Assembly: GCF_001194135.2 (NCBI RefSeq)
Contig: NC_068981.1
Coordinates: forward strand, 164,804,235 to 164,868,234
Reading direction: 5' to 3'
DNA: 64,000 bases
Origin: Octopus bimaculoides
Taxonomy: Eukaryota
Below are positions 13,879 to 25,833 of the stretch, piece after piece. Made by a program: the position numbers and the translations under genes. Within the stretch, counting starts at the first letter, position 1, and each line of letters begins with the position of its first letter. The notes under the pieces were generated by a model. The model saw only the letters and a list, made by a program, of their open reading frames with translations. It had not been told where the DNA came from and searched no databases.

Positions 13879-13880
<2 letters not shown>
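13725..13880 (+). mobile_element. SINE type C remnant (central domain plus 3' tail)
   Basis: GCTCCAGTCCACTCAGCTGG...GTGGAGTGCTCAGC...CGTAACCGACGGAGTGC shared with 45443-45760 and 45938-46294. Confidence 0.75.
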
Positions 13881-13952
<72 letters not shown>

Positions 13953-14344
13953 GTTGTCCCAGTCTCTGTCTCAGTGTGTGTGCGTGCACGTGTGTATACA
14001 AGTATACACATATACACGTATACATATAGACAAATAATTTAGCTTTAGGCACAACTCCTCAAAAATTTTCATTTAATTCTTCACCGACCTCCAAACGAAA
14101 AAGTTAGTAACTGCTAAACTAGTTAAGCCACAAGTGAAAGTGAAAGTGATGTACTACACATAAAGACTGTCAAATTTCAGTGGTCTTATTTCTATGTGTC
14201 CTTGTTTTATATTTTCTTTCGAAGTATCCAGTTCTCGGGAACATTATCCCTATGGATATTTTTCAACATAAGTCATCGTACTTATATACCCCAAATGCCG
14301 TTGTGGTGCGCAGTTTGTTTGCATTCAACAGACTTGCACACAGC

Positions 14345-14507
14345 TTTGGCTCGTGGCTGTGTAGTAAGAAGCTTACTTCCCAACCACATAGCTCCAGGTT
14401 CAGTTCCACTGTGTGGCACCTTCGGCAAGTGTCTTCTACTATCATCTCGGACCGGCTAAAGCCTTGTGGGTGGATTTGTAGACGAATATTGGAAAAGGCC
14501 CGTTGTG
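14345..14507 (+). mobile_element. SINE type A head
   Basis: GTGGCTGTGTAGTAAGAAGCTTACTTCCCAACCAC...GGTTCAGTTCCACTGTGTGGCACC. Confidence 0.85.
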
Positions 14508-15005
14508 TATATATATATATATTCTTTTCCTTCAGGACTGTCCTAAGGACTGGACGTATTCTATCTCTCTCTCTCTCTTTTATCTTTTCACTTTTGAAAG
14601 AAAATATTTCTCCAACTTCCGCTATTTTACCCCCGTTCTGGTCTAATGACCCTCCATGTTTGTTTTCGTTCGGTTTCCTTGTATGTCTCCACTGTCCTGT
14701 TTTTATTCCCAACTTTGACCCTATAAAAATCCAAAATTTTATTTTGGTACTTATGGGATCAACTGTCTTCGAAGACTCATATTGTCGTTCAATACTCGAA
14801 ATGAGGAGTAGATAGACAACCGACAACTGATGAAGAGTCGTTCTTTGTGTTACTTGCTCTGTATCCCATTTGTTTCTCTCGTTGTTTGCGTATTGAACTC
14901 ATTTGTTTTCATTTTTCATGTATTTCATGTTGTTTACTGTTGGTGACGTCCGGTATTCATATATGCATATGTATGTATATCTATATATCTATCTATCTAT
15001 TTATC

Positions 15006-15037
<32 letters not shown>

Positions 15038-15139
15038 TATATNNNNNNNNNNNNNNNNNNNNNNNNNNNNNNNNNNNNNNNNNNNNNNNNNNNNNNNNNN
15101 TGTGTGTGTGTGTGTGTGTGTGTGTGTTTCGGTGGGTGT

Positions 15140-15355
15140 CTTTGTATCTGTGTCTGTCCCCCAATCACCGCTTAACAACTGGTGTCGGTATGCTTACGTT
15201 CCAGTAACTTAACAGTTGAGCAAAAGAGACCGATAGAATAAGTATCAGGCTTAACAAAATTAAGTACTGCCGTCGATTTGTCCGACTAAAATGTCTTCGA
15301 GGCGTCGTTTCAGCATGACCGCACTCTAATGATTGAAACAATTAAACAATAAAGG
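15140..15355 (+). mobile_element. SINE type A 3' tail, possibly the partner of 14345-14507
   Basis: CCGCTTAACAACTGGTGTCGG...GCAAAAGAGACCGATAGAATAAGTA matches tail of 7588-7800 (reverse complement). Confidence 0.75.
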
Positions 15356-15680
15356 TAAAAACAGCCACTCACTTTCTAAGATCATATTGAGAATGTACTG
15401 ACAGATATAAAACAATGCACGGAGAACTCTAGAAGTGAAAGTCCGTACATAATTTCTTTCTCTGTTGAGAGCATAGCACAGGTTAAGTTCTCTCGACGAG
15501 TACTTTTTAATTCTTTTAATCTCTCTATTTTTACCGAGACATACCTATTACCAAGTACGAAACCAAAATCAGGGTAAGGAGTGGACCCACATTTTTTTTT
15601 TTATTAAAAATGCAAATCACTGAGAGTAATTGACCAGAGATACTGTCCGTATGAAAAGCAATTGTCCAGTTGCCCAATAG

Positions 15681-15789
15681 GCACAGGCGTGACTGTGTGG
15701 TAAGAAGTTTCATTCCTAACCACATGGTTCCGACTTCAGTCCCACTGCGTAGCACCTTGGATAAGTGTCCTCTACTATAGCCTCAGGCC
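15681..15789 (+). mobile_element. 3'-truncated SINE type A head fused to transposase
   Basis: Head similarity ends at TATAGCCTCAGGCC, followed directly by transposase codons. Confidence 0.85.
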
Positions 15790-16690
15790 ACTTTGATGCG
15801 GAGTCCGAATCGTTCTGCTTGGGGGCATTCCACTGAACTTGGCATCGGTAATCGATCGGTAAAGCGTATTTTGCATGAAGACCTGCATTTCCACCCGTAC
15901 AAATTTGTCATTGGGAAAAAGGTGAAACCATGGGACTATGCACAACGGCTTAACTTCGCACGTCAGATGGAAGCAATTTTTGAGGCAAATAACGACCTCA
16001 TTTTGTTAATGAGTGATGAAGCCCGTTTTTATCGCAATGGCATGGTGAATCAACAGAACTGTCGCTATTGGGCCCTTGAACATCCGAGAGAACAGCACGA
16101 AAGTTGGCTGCACAGCCCCAAAAGTGATGGTCTGGTGTGCAGTTAGAAAAACTGCTGTCATTGGTCCTTACTGTTTTGAGCACAGTACTGGAAATGCTGT
16201 TAATGTGAACTCCGAGCGTTACATCGAGATGATAAGCAACTTCTTTGTGCATGAATTGCAACGAAAACGTATGCCTATTCAATGTGTGTATTTTCAACAG
16301 GATGGGCGGCGGTCCACATAGTCAGAGCATCAATGGACCTTCTTCACCCTCTCCTCAGTGACTGTCGCATTTCCAGGTTTGCTGACATTTCTTGGCCCCC
16401 CTCGGTCCCCTGATTTGTTCATGTGTGATTATTTCTTGTAGGGAAACCTGAAGGCGCGTGTGTATGCGCATAAGCCCCGTACTTTGGACGACTTGAAGGA
16501 AGCTATTCATGTGGAAGTCGCTCATATTGACAAAAAAGCATTAATGAAAACAGACACCACGTGATGGATGTTTTTTCCTCACTTGATTTTGACAAATGCT
16601 AATTCAATACGAACACATTGATGCCAATAAAATTTGTTCGCAGCTAAAATCAATGATTTTGTGAATGTCTCAAAAACGCCCGTCCTATTC
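15790..16690 (+). mobile_element. Tc1/mariner DD41D (rosa-like) transposase pseudogene, central and C-terminal part plus partial TIR
   Basis: MSDEARF..NG.VNQQNCRYW, HSPKVMVWCA, IGPY, FQQDG...WPPRSPDL.MCD; 41 residues between 2nd and 3rd Asp after correcting frameshifts; partial TIR CAAAAACGCCCGTCCTATTC at 16671-16690. Confidence 0.85.
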
Positions 16691-17005
16691 ATTAGTGTAG
16701 CTCGTGTACAAAGTGCATTCACACAACGTAAGATTGTATTACGGGTGGAAACAACCTGATTTCCATGAATGCCGAAGTGGTGCCGAAACTCACGCTGAAC
16801 TATGTGACAAACTCATTATTCTTCACGTAACTGTCGTAGGCAAACACGCAATGCTCTATCGTCCACAGTGTCATAACTTCACCTGAAAAGAAAAAAAATG
16901 TTAAGACACCACGGACTGAATGGTACGCGAATGATACATATGTCCCTCCCTCTGGGGCTTAGTAATAGCCATTTCAAAAACGTCCGTCTTTTCTGCTCTA
17001 CCTTG
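16686..17005 (-). mobile_element. N-terminal part and left TIR of the same rosa-like transposon, inverted
   Basis: Minus strand from ATG at 16874: MTLWTIEHCVFAYDSYVKNNEFVT/VQREFRHHFGIHGNQVVSTRNTILRCVN (typical N-terminal HTH of this family); TIR 16975-17005 followed by TA. Confidence 0.8.
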
Positions 17006-17499
17006 TATAATATACCAAATAGCATAAATCTAATTAGATCCCCAGCTAGCAAGCAAACCTCTTGCAAGCCAACTAACCAACCACTCCAGACAGACGTCAC
17101 CCCACCATCAGCCACCCAGCCAGTCAACAACCACCACCGTTTATTGATCTTACGAATCCAGAAGTCACGGCACCCGTTTCTTTCTTTTTCTTTCTCTTTT
17201 CTTTTTTCTTTTCATCTGTATGAAACGGCACACCTCCACAACCGTACATGAATGCCGTTCCCCACCCCCATTTGAAGATTATCTTTTTATTCTACTCTAC
17301 TCTACTCCAGCTTCGTTAATCCTGTTTGGTAGAGATTTACCACAAGAGAATTAAGGTCTGCAGACTTAGTAGCGTGTTTAATAAATCTTGTATTAGAACG
17401 TGTTTCTCTTAGAGAGTGAGAGAGAGCGAGAGAGAGCGAGAGAAAGAGAGAAAGAATAAGAGAGGGAGAAAGAGTAAGAGAGGGAGAGAGAGAGATTGA

Positions 17500-17900
<401 letters not shown>

Positions 17901-18319
17901 TGACCAAGACGACGATGGTGATGAGCAGACAGACGGTTCTATTCATGATCGTCCCATCTTTGTTTAAATGTACAAATACATCCAGAAACTATAGTATTCT
18001 TGATACACAATTCTCCTCCTGATAATTTTAAAGTAACGGGGTGCTATTTCTAGCAAGTCAATAAGCACGTTCTTGGCGATGGTTGCAATAATGGTAGTGA
18101 AGGGGTTTGAAGATGACGACGACGGATAAAGATGAGGATGAAAAAAAGGTAATAATCAGGGGCAGGGAGGGAAGTGGGATTAAGAACTTTGTTTTTCAAC
18201 CACGTGGTTTTCGGTTCAATCCCATTGTGTAGCACATAATGGGCAAGGATCTTCTGTTACATTTTGAGTAACTTGCGAGAGAATTTGGTAAACGAAATAA
18301 TCAATCGCCAATTGCTTGT

Positions 18320-18482
18320 GGCAGGAGTGGCTGTGTGGTAAGTAGCTTGCTTACCAACCACATGGTTCCGGGTTCATTCCCACTGCGTGGCACCTTGGGC
18401 AAGTGTTTTCTACTATAGCCTCGGGCCGACCAAAGCCTTGTGAGTGGATTTGGTAGACGGAAACTGAAAGAAGCCTGTCGTA
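18320..18482 (+). mobile_element. SINE type A head, well preserved (older diverged copy just upstream at about 18170-18295)
   Basis: GGCAGGAGTGGCTGTGTGGTAAGTAGCTTGCTTACCAACCACATGGTTCCGGGTTCATTCC...GAAGCCTGTCGTATA. Confidence 0.92.
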
Positions 18483-19100
18483 TATATATGTATATATATA
18501 TATATATNNNNNNNNNNNNNNNNNNNNNNNNNNNNNNNNNNNNNNNNNNNNNNNNNNNNNNNNNNNNNNNNNNNNNNNNNNNNNNNNNNNNNNNNNNNNN
18601 NNNNNNNNNNNNNNNNNNNNNNNNNNNNNNNNNNNNNNNNNNNNNNNNNNNNNNNNNNNNNNNNNNNNNNNNNNNNNNNNNNNNNNNNNNNNNNNNNNNN
18701 NNNNNNNNNNNNNNNNNNNNNNNNNNNNNNNNNNNNNNNNNNNNNNNNNNNNNNNNNNNNNNNNNNNNNNNNNNNNNNNNNNNNNNNNNNNNNNNNNNNN
18801 NNNNNNNNNNNNNNNNNNNNNNNNNNNNNNNNNNNNNNNNNNNNNNNNNNNNNNNNNNNNNNNNNNNNNNNNNNNNNNNNNNNNNNNNNNNNNNNNNNNN
18901 NNNNNNNNNNNNNNNNNNNNNNNNNNNNNNNNNNNNNNNNNNNNNNNNNNNNNNNNNNNNNNNNNNNNNNNNNNNNNNNNNNNNNNNNNNNNNNNNNNNN
19001 NNNNNNNNNNNNNNNNNNNNNNNNNNNNNNNNNNNNNNNNNNNNNNNNNNNNNNNNNNNNNNNNNNNNNNNNNNNNNNNNNNNNNNNNNNNNNNNNNNTA

Positions 19101-19254
19101 TATAGGATTAAAGCTTATGGCGATCACCGTGCAAATGACTAAGGAAAATAGTCTAGGAACGCCTTCTTTTTTCTGTCGAGGGCTTATATGCCCCTATATT
19201 AGACTACATTCCTTAGTCATTGCATGGCGATCCCCATAAGCTTTAAGCTTATAT
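19101..19254. repeat. imperfect fold-back hairpin between TA runs (MITE-like)
   Basis: TTAAAGCTTATGGCGATCACCGTGCAAATGACTAAGGAAAATAGTCTA pairs with TAGACTACATTCCTTAGTCATTGCATGGCGATCCCCATAAGCTTTAA. Confidence 0.8.
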
Positions 19255-19494
19255 AAAAATACTGTTATTATTATTTACAGGATTATAAACTCAGCACCGT
19301 ATAAAAAAATCATTCGCACCGAATATATATATATATATATATATATATAGTTGAGGTGTATTACGTTAAGAACGTATGAGAGTATATGAGTATAAAATAG
19401 AACTCGTTCACCCTTAGAATTATCAGATACCCGGCAGTATTATGGTATACTACCAGTTCTAGGTTTAGGCATTCTTCGTGTGTGAAAAATAAAA

Positions 19495-19898
19495 ATGAAA
19501 GATTAAATAGATTCAAAAGTAACATGGAGTACGATTCGACAGCTTTTTAGTGACCACTACACATGTTTTAATACAACCTAGATCCACATATACAGGATTT
19601 AAATTTAAATTAAGTAACGATTTACCTGTATAATAGGACCTAGTTGTGTCTCTTCTGCTGATATAAAACTTATGTTGGATGTGATAGCATCGACATCAAG
19701 CATTTACTTACGGAGACAGCGATTTTATAGCACCTGAAGAGATACAACTAGGTCCTATTATACAGGTAAACCGTTAATTAATTTTTATTTAAATCCTGTA
19801 TAAAGGTGGATCTATGTTGTATCAAAACATGTGTAGTGGTCATTAGAAAGCAGTCGAATCGTACTCTATCTTACTTTTGACTGTATTCATTCTTTCAT
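19495..19898. repeat. about 400 bp palindromic element, arms of about 160 bp each carrying a degenerate hammerhead-like motif
   Basis: Arms 19495-19657 and 19734-19898 align as reverse complements with scattered mismatches; right arm CTGAAGA-GATACAAC...GTTGTATC-AAAA-CATG-T. Confidence 0.85.
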
Positions 19899-20162
19899 GT
19901 ATATACATATATATATAAACATATATATATATANNNNNNNNNNNNNNNNNNNNNNNNNNNNNNNNNNNNNNNNNNNNNNNNNNNNNNNNNNNNNNNNNNN
20001 NNNNNNNNNNNNNNNNNNNNNNNNNNNNNNNNNNNNNNNNNNNNNNNNNNNNNNNNNNNNNNNNNNNNNNNNNNNNNNNNNNNNNNNNNNNNNNNNNNNN
20101 NNNNNNNNNNNNNNNNNNNNNNNNNNNNNNNNNNNNNNNNNNNNNNNNNNNNNTTCTTCAGT

Positions 20163-20227
20163 CGAGTTCCAGATTATCTTTACAATTTCGGCTGGTTGAG
20201 GCGACTCCAGGTCATCAGTGTCACTCG
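20163..20227 (-). ncRNA. type I hammerhead-ribozyme-like motif with defective stem II closure
   Basis: CGAGUGACA-CUGAUGA-c CUGG...CCAG cc-GAA-AUUGU aaag AUAAU-C-UGGAACUCG; helix I (with GA/AG mismatch) and helix III pair; the G10.1-C11.1 pair is missing. Confidence 0.55.
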
Positions 20228-20669
20228 GGCTCATCACAGATTTCGCATAAGACACGTGCCTACTGGATGAATTTCACGTTTTCCCGCAATATTTCTAGCC
20301 CAACATGGCTTATTTGTATATATCTAGCACTATGTCTTTCCCCATTTTACAGTTAAGGGTTAAAACAAGGCAACCCTGCAAAACACCATTTATCGTTACT
20401 CAGAGATGCACAGGATATCAGCAATCCTCCAGTCCACTCAGCCGGCAAAAATGAGTAACGCTGCGATGGACTGGCGTCCCGTCCAGCTAGGGAAAACATA
20501 AAGATAATTGGAACCAGGAAACCGGGCCCATGAGCCTGTTGGGCTAGAAATATTGCGGGAAAACGTGAAATTCATCCAGTAGGCACGTGTCTTATGCGAA
20601 ATCTGTGATGAGCCCGAGTGTCACTGATGACCTGGAGTCGCCTCAACCAGCAGAAATTGTAAAGATAAT
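20173..20669. repeat. 133-bp inverted duplication (2 mismatches) with 231-bp spacer
   Basis: 20173-20305 versus 20537-20669 checked base by base. Confidence 0.95.
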
Positions 20670-20720
20670 TGAAACCAGGAAACCGGGCCCATGAGCCTGG
20701 CTAGGCTTTAAAAGGGCGCA
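20425..20720 (+). mobile_element. SINE remnant interrupted by the inverted duplication
   Basis: CCAGTCCACTCAGCCGGCAAAAATGAGTA central domain as in type C variants; tail GAAACCGGGCCCATGAGCCTGGCTAGGCTTTAAAAGGGCGCAT. Confidence 0.65.
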
Positions 20721-22198
20721 TTTATTATTTTTTATGTACTGTTCAGTATTTATGTGTTGAAAAATATATATCTTTCTACTTGTTCTACAATACATTTCAA
20801 CGCTTCAGAAACAAACATATGTTCGTTTACATATGACGTAATCTATTATATGTTGCTTTGGCTACGTATTTGGGCAACTCTCTTGCGTTACTTTCCAGTT
20901 CGAGTCGTTTACCCTTGTTTCCTCAATAACCACTATGATAACTGAAGAAGGAAAACGTTCAGAAGCGACTGCGAATACACCGATCACTAACTACGTCTTT
21001 CATTCAATAGTTTTAGCTTATTTCTAATGCTTTTATCCATCTATTTCGCATTCTTCCTTACCTTCATCTTTTTGTGAAGCGGGGTTCAAATTTTATGGCC
21101 ACTTTTATCTCAGTTCCCTTATTTTAAATCTGCTTTCTCTCCTTTTCATTTATTTCATTCTTTATATGTATTTAATTTTTTAAGATTGTTTTTCAGTTTA
21201 CAAATACCCAGCTTGTTATGTTGCCGCCATGTTATAGGATTCAAAATATGTTATTTACGAAGAAGAAATATTCGCCGAATTTTGTAAAAGTTTGGTGACA
21301 GATAGATTACACAACGACCCTGTTAGTATCCGGTGTACCTGAGATTAAAAGTTATCTCTTGTTTTGCAGATCAGTTGCTCCAACAAGCATGAAGTTGTTT
21401 CCTGTTACATTCCAGGAGATTGAGCTGGCTGTTATAGAATGTAGAGATATTGTACCCTGATATCAAGATGGAAGAAGCTTTTTATTTATTTATTTATTTA
21501 TTTATTTATTTTCGTTTATGAATAATTAAAGCGGGGGTGTGCAATAAAATTTAGCCTCGTATTCATTTCAAATATTGAATGCTTGATCGATAAGCAGATG
21601 ATAGGGATTTTGAAACATAACTTTTATCAAGTGTTTAAAGCCATTTTTGTGAGCACTCTTACATTCGATCATTTTTATTTCATCGCATGATAAAACTCAG
21701 TTGCTTTTTCGTTATGATATCTAAGAAATTAATCAAGTATGCACTTAGCAGACTCCATTCTCTGCTGTGTATGTAGACCTATTTTCTCTTGCACCACGTT
21801 TAAGTTAGATCAGAGAATGAAAGCTGTTTGATGCATAATATCAGTTTGAATAAATCGCCAGCCGAATAATCTTTATGCAAATCGAATAAATCAGTGGGGT
21901 ATACTCACAAAAATTAGGGACCGTATAATGTAATATCTTCCGCGATCTAGATACGTTGTTGAAAAATATAGTGCTAAAAGAAATGACACTGTGAGGAATC
22001 GTTATAACATGGCATAAATAGAGATAAAGCTATTTTTATCAGTGATACAAGCGCAAACTAAGGTAATAGATACTGCTAAATCCACAGACTCTGTGTCGCT
22101 CCCCCAAACACTCAATAGCATTAGATAACTTCACACAGGATGATTCGCATTTTGATTTAAAATAGTGATAAAATTAGAAAAGTTTAATTAAGACCTAA

Positions 22199-22288
22199 TG
22201 TTATAAAATTATGAAACAGTTTAATTACTGTTATAAAATTATGAAACAGGTTAATTAATGTTATCAAATTATGAAATAGGTTAATCAA
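22199..22288. repeat. 30-bp minisatellite, three copies
   Basis: TGTTATAAAATTATGAAACAG(T/G)TTAATTA(C/A) repeated. Confidence 0.9.
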
Positions 22289-23491
22289 CTTCTATTTTGC
22301 ATGAACAGACCTAGTCACTATTTATTCAGTTGAAAAACAACGCCGACGAAGAAATAAGACTGAAATTACTATATCTGGGATAAGTGTACAGAGTGAGGTC
22401 TTGCTTGCACATATGATCGGTTTTTGAAGTATGCATCAAACAATGCATTGAAGAATGCTGTAAATGTTTGTATTTATTTATTTAGGTTTTAATCTTCTCT
22501 TACGAAAGAGTCCGACCTGTTATCGTGAAGTACCTCACGAGATGATCTAGAAGATTTTCAATCATCAACAATGCTTTGGCTTCAAGGATATGTCCGACTC
22601 TATAACTTTCCAATGCTAGACAATTGTGTGAAACAGAACCACTTCGTAAAAAATTCTGGTGTCTCTCCGGCCTTCTTACATGATTTTTCAAATGGCAGGC
22701 AATAGTGTAGCTAGTATGGGGACACGATGGGAACGGTCTGTCCCGAGTGATGATCATATAGGTTGTTATTTCTGGGTTTGTTGTATAAGCTTGCGCAGAC
22801 TTGAGAGAGAGAGAGTGGGAACGGTAAACATGATCTAGCTACACCGCTGATAATAAGCCAACGGATTTTTGATAATCCTTTTACTGATGGGTGGTGCTTC
22901 TAAAAAATAAACAAACATTGATTACTGTGTCCAGTCTCTTAAATTATCACCAGCTTGTAGCAATGCTAAATGGTCGTTTTGTGCTTGAAGCTAGAGCTGT
23001 TAGTGTTTCAGCACCTTTGATAACTTTAAACTTTGCAGAAACATGTCATTTTTCACTCAACTTGTGTGAAAACCTTGTATATATGTAGGATCACATACAT
23101 ACAAAGATGATCTCAAAGGCATGAAGGACAATGCAAGGAAAAAAGGGGATTGCAAATGTCCAAGAAATTAAAAAGAAAAAGAAAACTGGACGCAAATGTT
23201 GGGTGTCTATTTGTGCTACGAATGTTAATAAGAAATAATTATGGAACATGGAAACGATTAATGATTAACTATTCTTCTAGACGAAACAGCCTCCACTGCG
23301 AATCAAATCCCATAGTTCGTCCATTCTTTCTTTTTGATTCCCCTTTCTATTCTCGTTCAATTCTTCCCCTGTATAAGCCGTTAGTTTCTTCATTTTGTTT
23401 GTGTACCCTCTCAGTAAGTATTGTAGGTGTTGTTGCTTTCGTGCCTTGACGACAGACCACCGTCTGTATGAGCATATACGTATATATACAA

Positions 23492-23553
<62 letters not shown>

Positions 23554-23870
23554 NNNNNNNNNNNNNNNNNNNNNNNNNNNNNNNNNNNNNNNNNNNNNNN
23601 NNNNNNNNNNNNNNNNNNNNNNNNNNNNNNNNNNNNNNNNNNNNNNNNNNNNNNNNNNNNNNNNNNNNNNNNNNNNNNNNNNNNNNNNNNNNNNNNNNNN
23701 NNNNNNNNNNNNNNNNNNNNNNNNNNNNNNNNNNNNNNNNNNNNNNNNNNNNNNNNNNNNNNNNNNNNNNNNNNNNNNNNNNNNNNNNNNNNNNNNNNNN
23801 NNNNNNNNNNNNNNNNNNNNNNNNNNNNNNNNNNNNNNNNNNNNNNNNNNATATATATATATATACAAAA

Positions 23871-24025
23871 CCACGAAGATAATCTGGTACTCGACTGAGG
23901 AAAGAAAACTTCGAATGATCCGTCCTTGTTTCCTTTCTATCGTCTATCTGGATGTTTTGTTGTCCTATTTTTGTATCACCTAATTGTCCGGATGTTTTGC
24001 CTTCTTGTCCCATTTTGTATTTTAT
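23871..24025 (+). mobile_element. 3' fragment of the 12.0-12.4 kb repeat family, between TA runs
   Basis: AAGATAATCTGGTACTCGACTGAGGAAAGAAAACTTCGAATGATCCGTCCTTG...CTTGTCCCATTTTGTATTTT. Confidence 0.75.
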
Positions 24026-24922
24026 ATATATATATATATATATATGCATGTATGTATGTATGTGTGTGTGTATGTATGTATGCATGTATGTATGTATGTA
24101 TGTATGTATGTATCGATCACTCTCTATCTCCCATTCGATCTTTTACTCTCCATTTCTAACTCTGTCCCATCACGACTCTTTCTTTCTCCGTCTCTCTGTT
24201 TGCATATGATTTTCCATTCCCCCCTTTTACCTTGCCAAACAGTCTATCTAGTGCTCATCTTCTATCTGCTCTTTCACTTTCCTAACTCTTCTATAATAAC
24301 GCTTATATATCCAATCCAACCTCTTACGGACTAAAATTCAACATTGTAACGTGTAACGTGTAACGTGTAAATCCGATTGTTTTTACTTCGGCTTTAGAGT
24401 GAACCTTTTATCTGTAGTGATTTCTTCTCGAATCCTCTGCAATCCCAACGGAGCAAAAATAAATAAATTAAATAGGAATAAGATGAATTAAAGTAAATAT
24501 ATTGATTGAGATATTAAATTCCAATGAAACTTGTCGGCTTATCTGAGATGAAAGATAAAGTGACTCGCAATTGATTTCTTTTGTATTTCTTTTCATGTCT
24601 TTTTATTCTTTCATTCTTATATTTATTTTGTTTTCATTTCTGGTCTATGTTCCTTTTTTTCTTCTCTTATTTCTTTTCCGTTCTGTTTCCTTTCGTTTCT
24701 TACATTTTTTTTGCTTTGTTTTTTTTTTTGTGACTTTTCCGAATTTTTTTATATTTATATATTATTCTTATGATTATTAGATTTTTTTTTGTTTTTGTTT
24801 TATCTTTAATCTCTGGAGACGGAAGCAAAACAAATTGTTCTTTTAAATGAAACTTGACATGCATATATTTAATCATTGATGGCGAGAATAGAGTAGACTT
24901 TAGAAAGATAGAGAGATAGAGA

Positions 24923-24961
<39 letters not shown>

Positions 24962-25156
24962 ACATATGTGTCTGTGTATGTGTGTTTGTGTGTGTACATA
25001 TATATATATGTGTGTGTGTGTACATATATGCATATACGTGAAAAACAGAGTTAGAGGGATCATCTAGAGAGAATGATATTTAAATATTAAATGATACACA
25101 ACAGGATACACACAAACACACACACACATTAATATGTGTACGGTGAGAAAGCTTCT

Positions 25157-25215
<59 letters not shown>

Positions 25216-25603
25216 AGAACGAAATAGCGTAAGGTTAAGAGAACGAGACAGTTGGATAGAGAAAGGGATTTATCTGTTGATCATTATTATTATTTTTTAT
25301 ATCTGTATTTTTGTTTTTCTATCATCAGTAACAAACAGTATTGGTCATGTCGTATTTACGAAGATACGACTGGAGAAGCCAACAGAACGAATACAACTCC
25401 CCTAATGGTATTATAAGCTGTCGATGCGAATAAACAATTATATAGAAATTATTAATCATATAGAGTGTATTAAAAGATGCTGTGTGTTTTCCGTGAGTGA
25501 TATTAGCCTCCTCTTCCCACTCCGTATTTCTCTGCTTTCTCTCCCGTTCGCTCTTTCTCATTCCCTCTTTTAATGTACATTTATGCGCAAACGTATCTAT
25601 CTA

Positions 25604-25642
<39 letters not shown>

Positions 25643-25769
25643 GCTTGTATATATGTGTCTGACTGTCTGTCTGTCTCTCTGTCTATCTATCTTTTTGTCT
25701 GTCTGTCTGTCTATCTGCCTCTCTCTCTGTCTGTCTCTCTGTCTATCTTTTTGTCTGACTGTCTGTGTT

Positions 25770-25833
<64 letters not shown>

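Noticed and set aside
14785-14880. CTGATGAA-GAG motif with upstream CTCGAAA
   Set aside because: No GAAA after the putative stem II and no helix I/III pairing in type I or type II topology.
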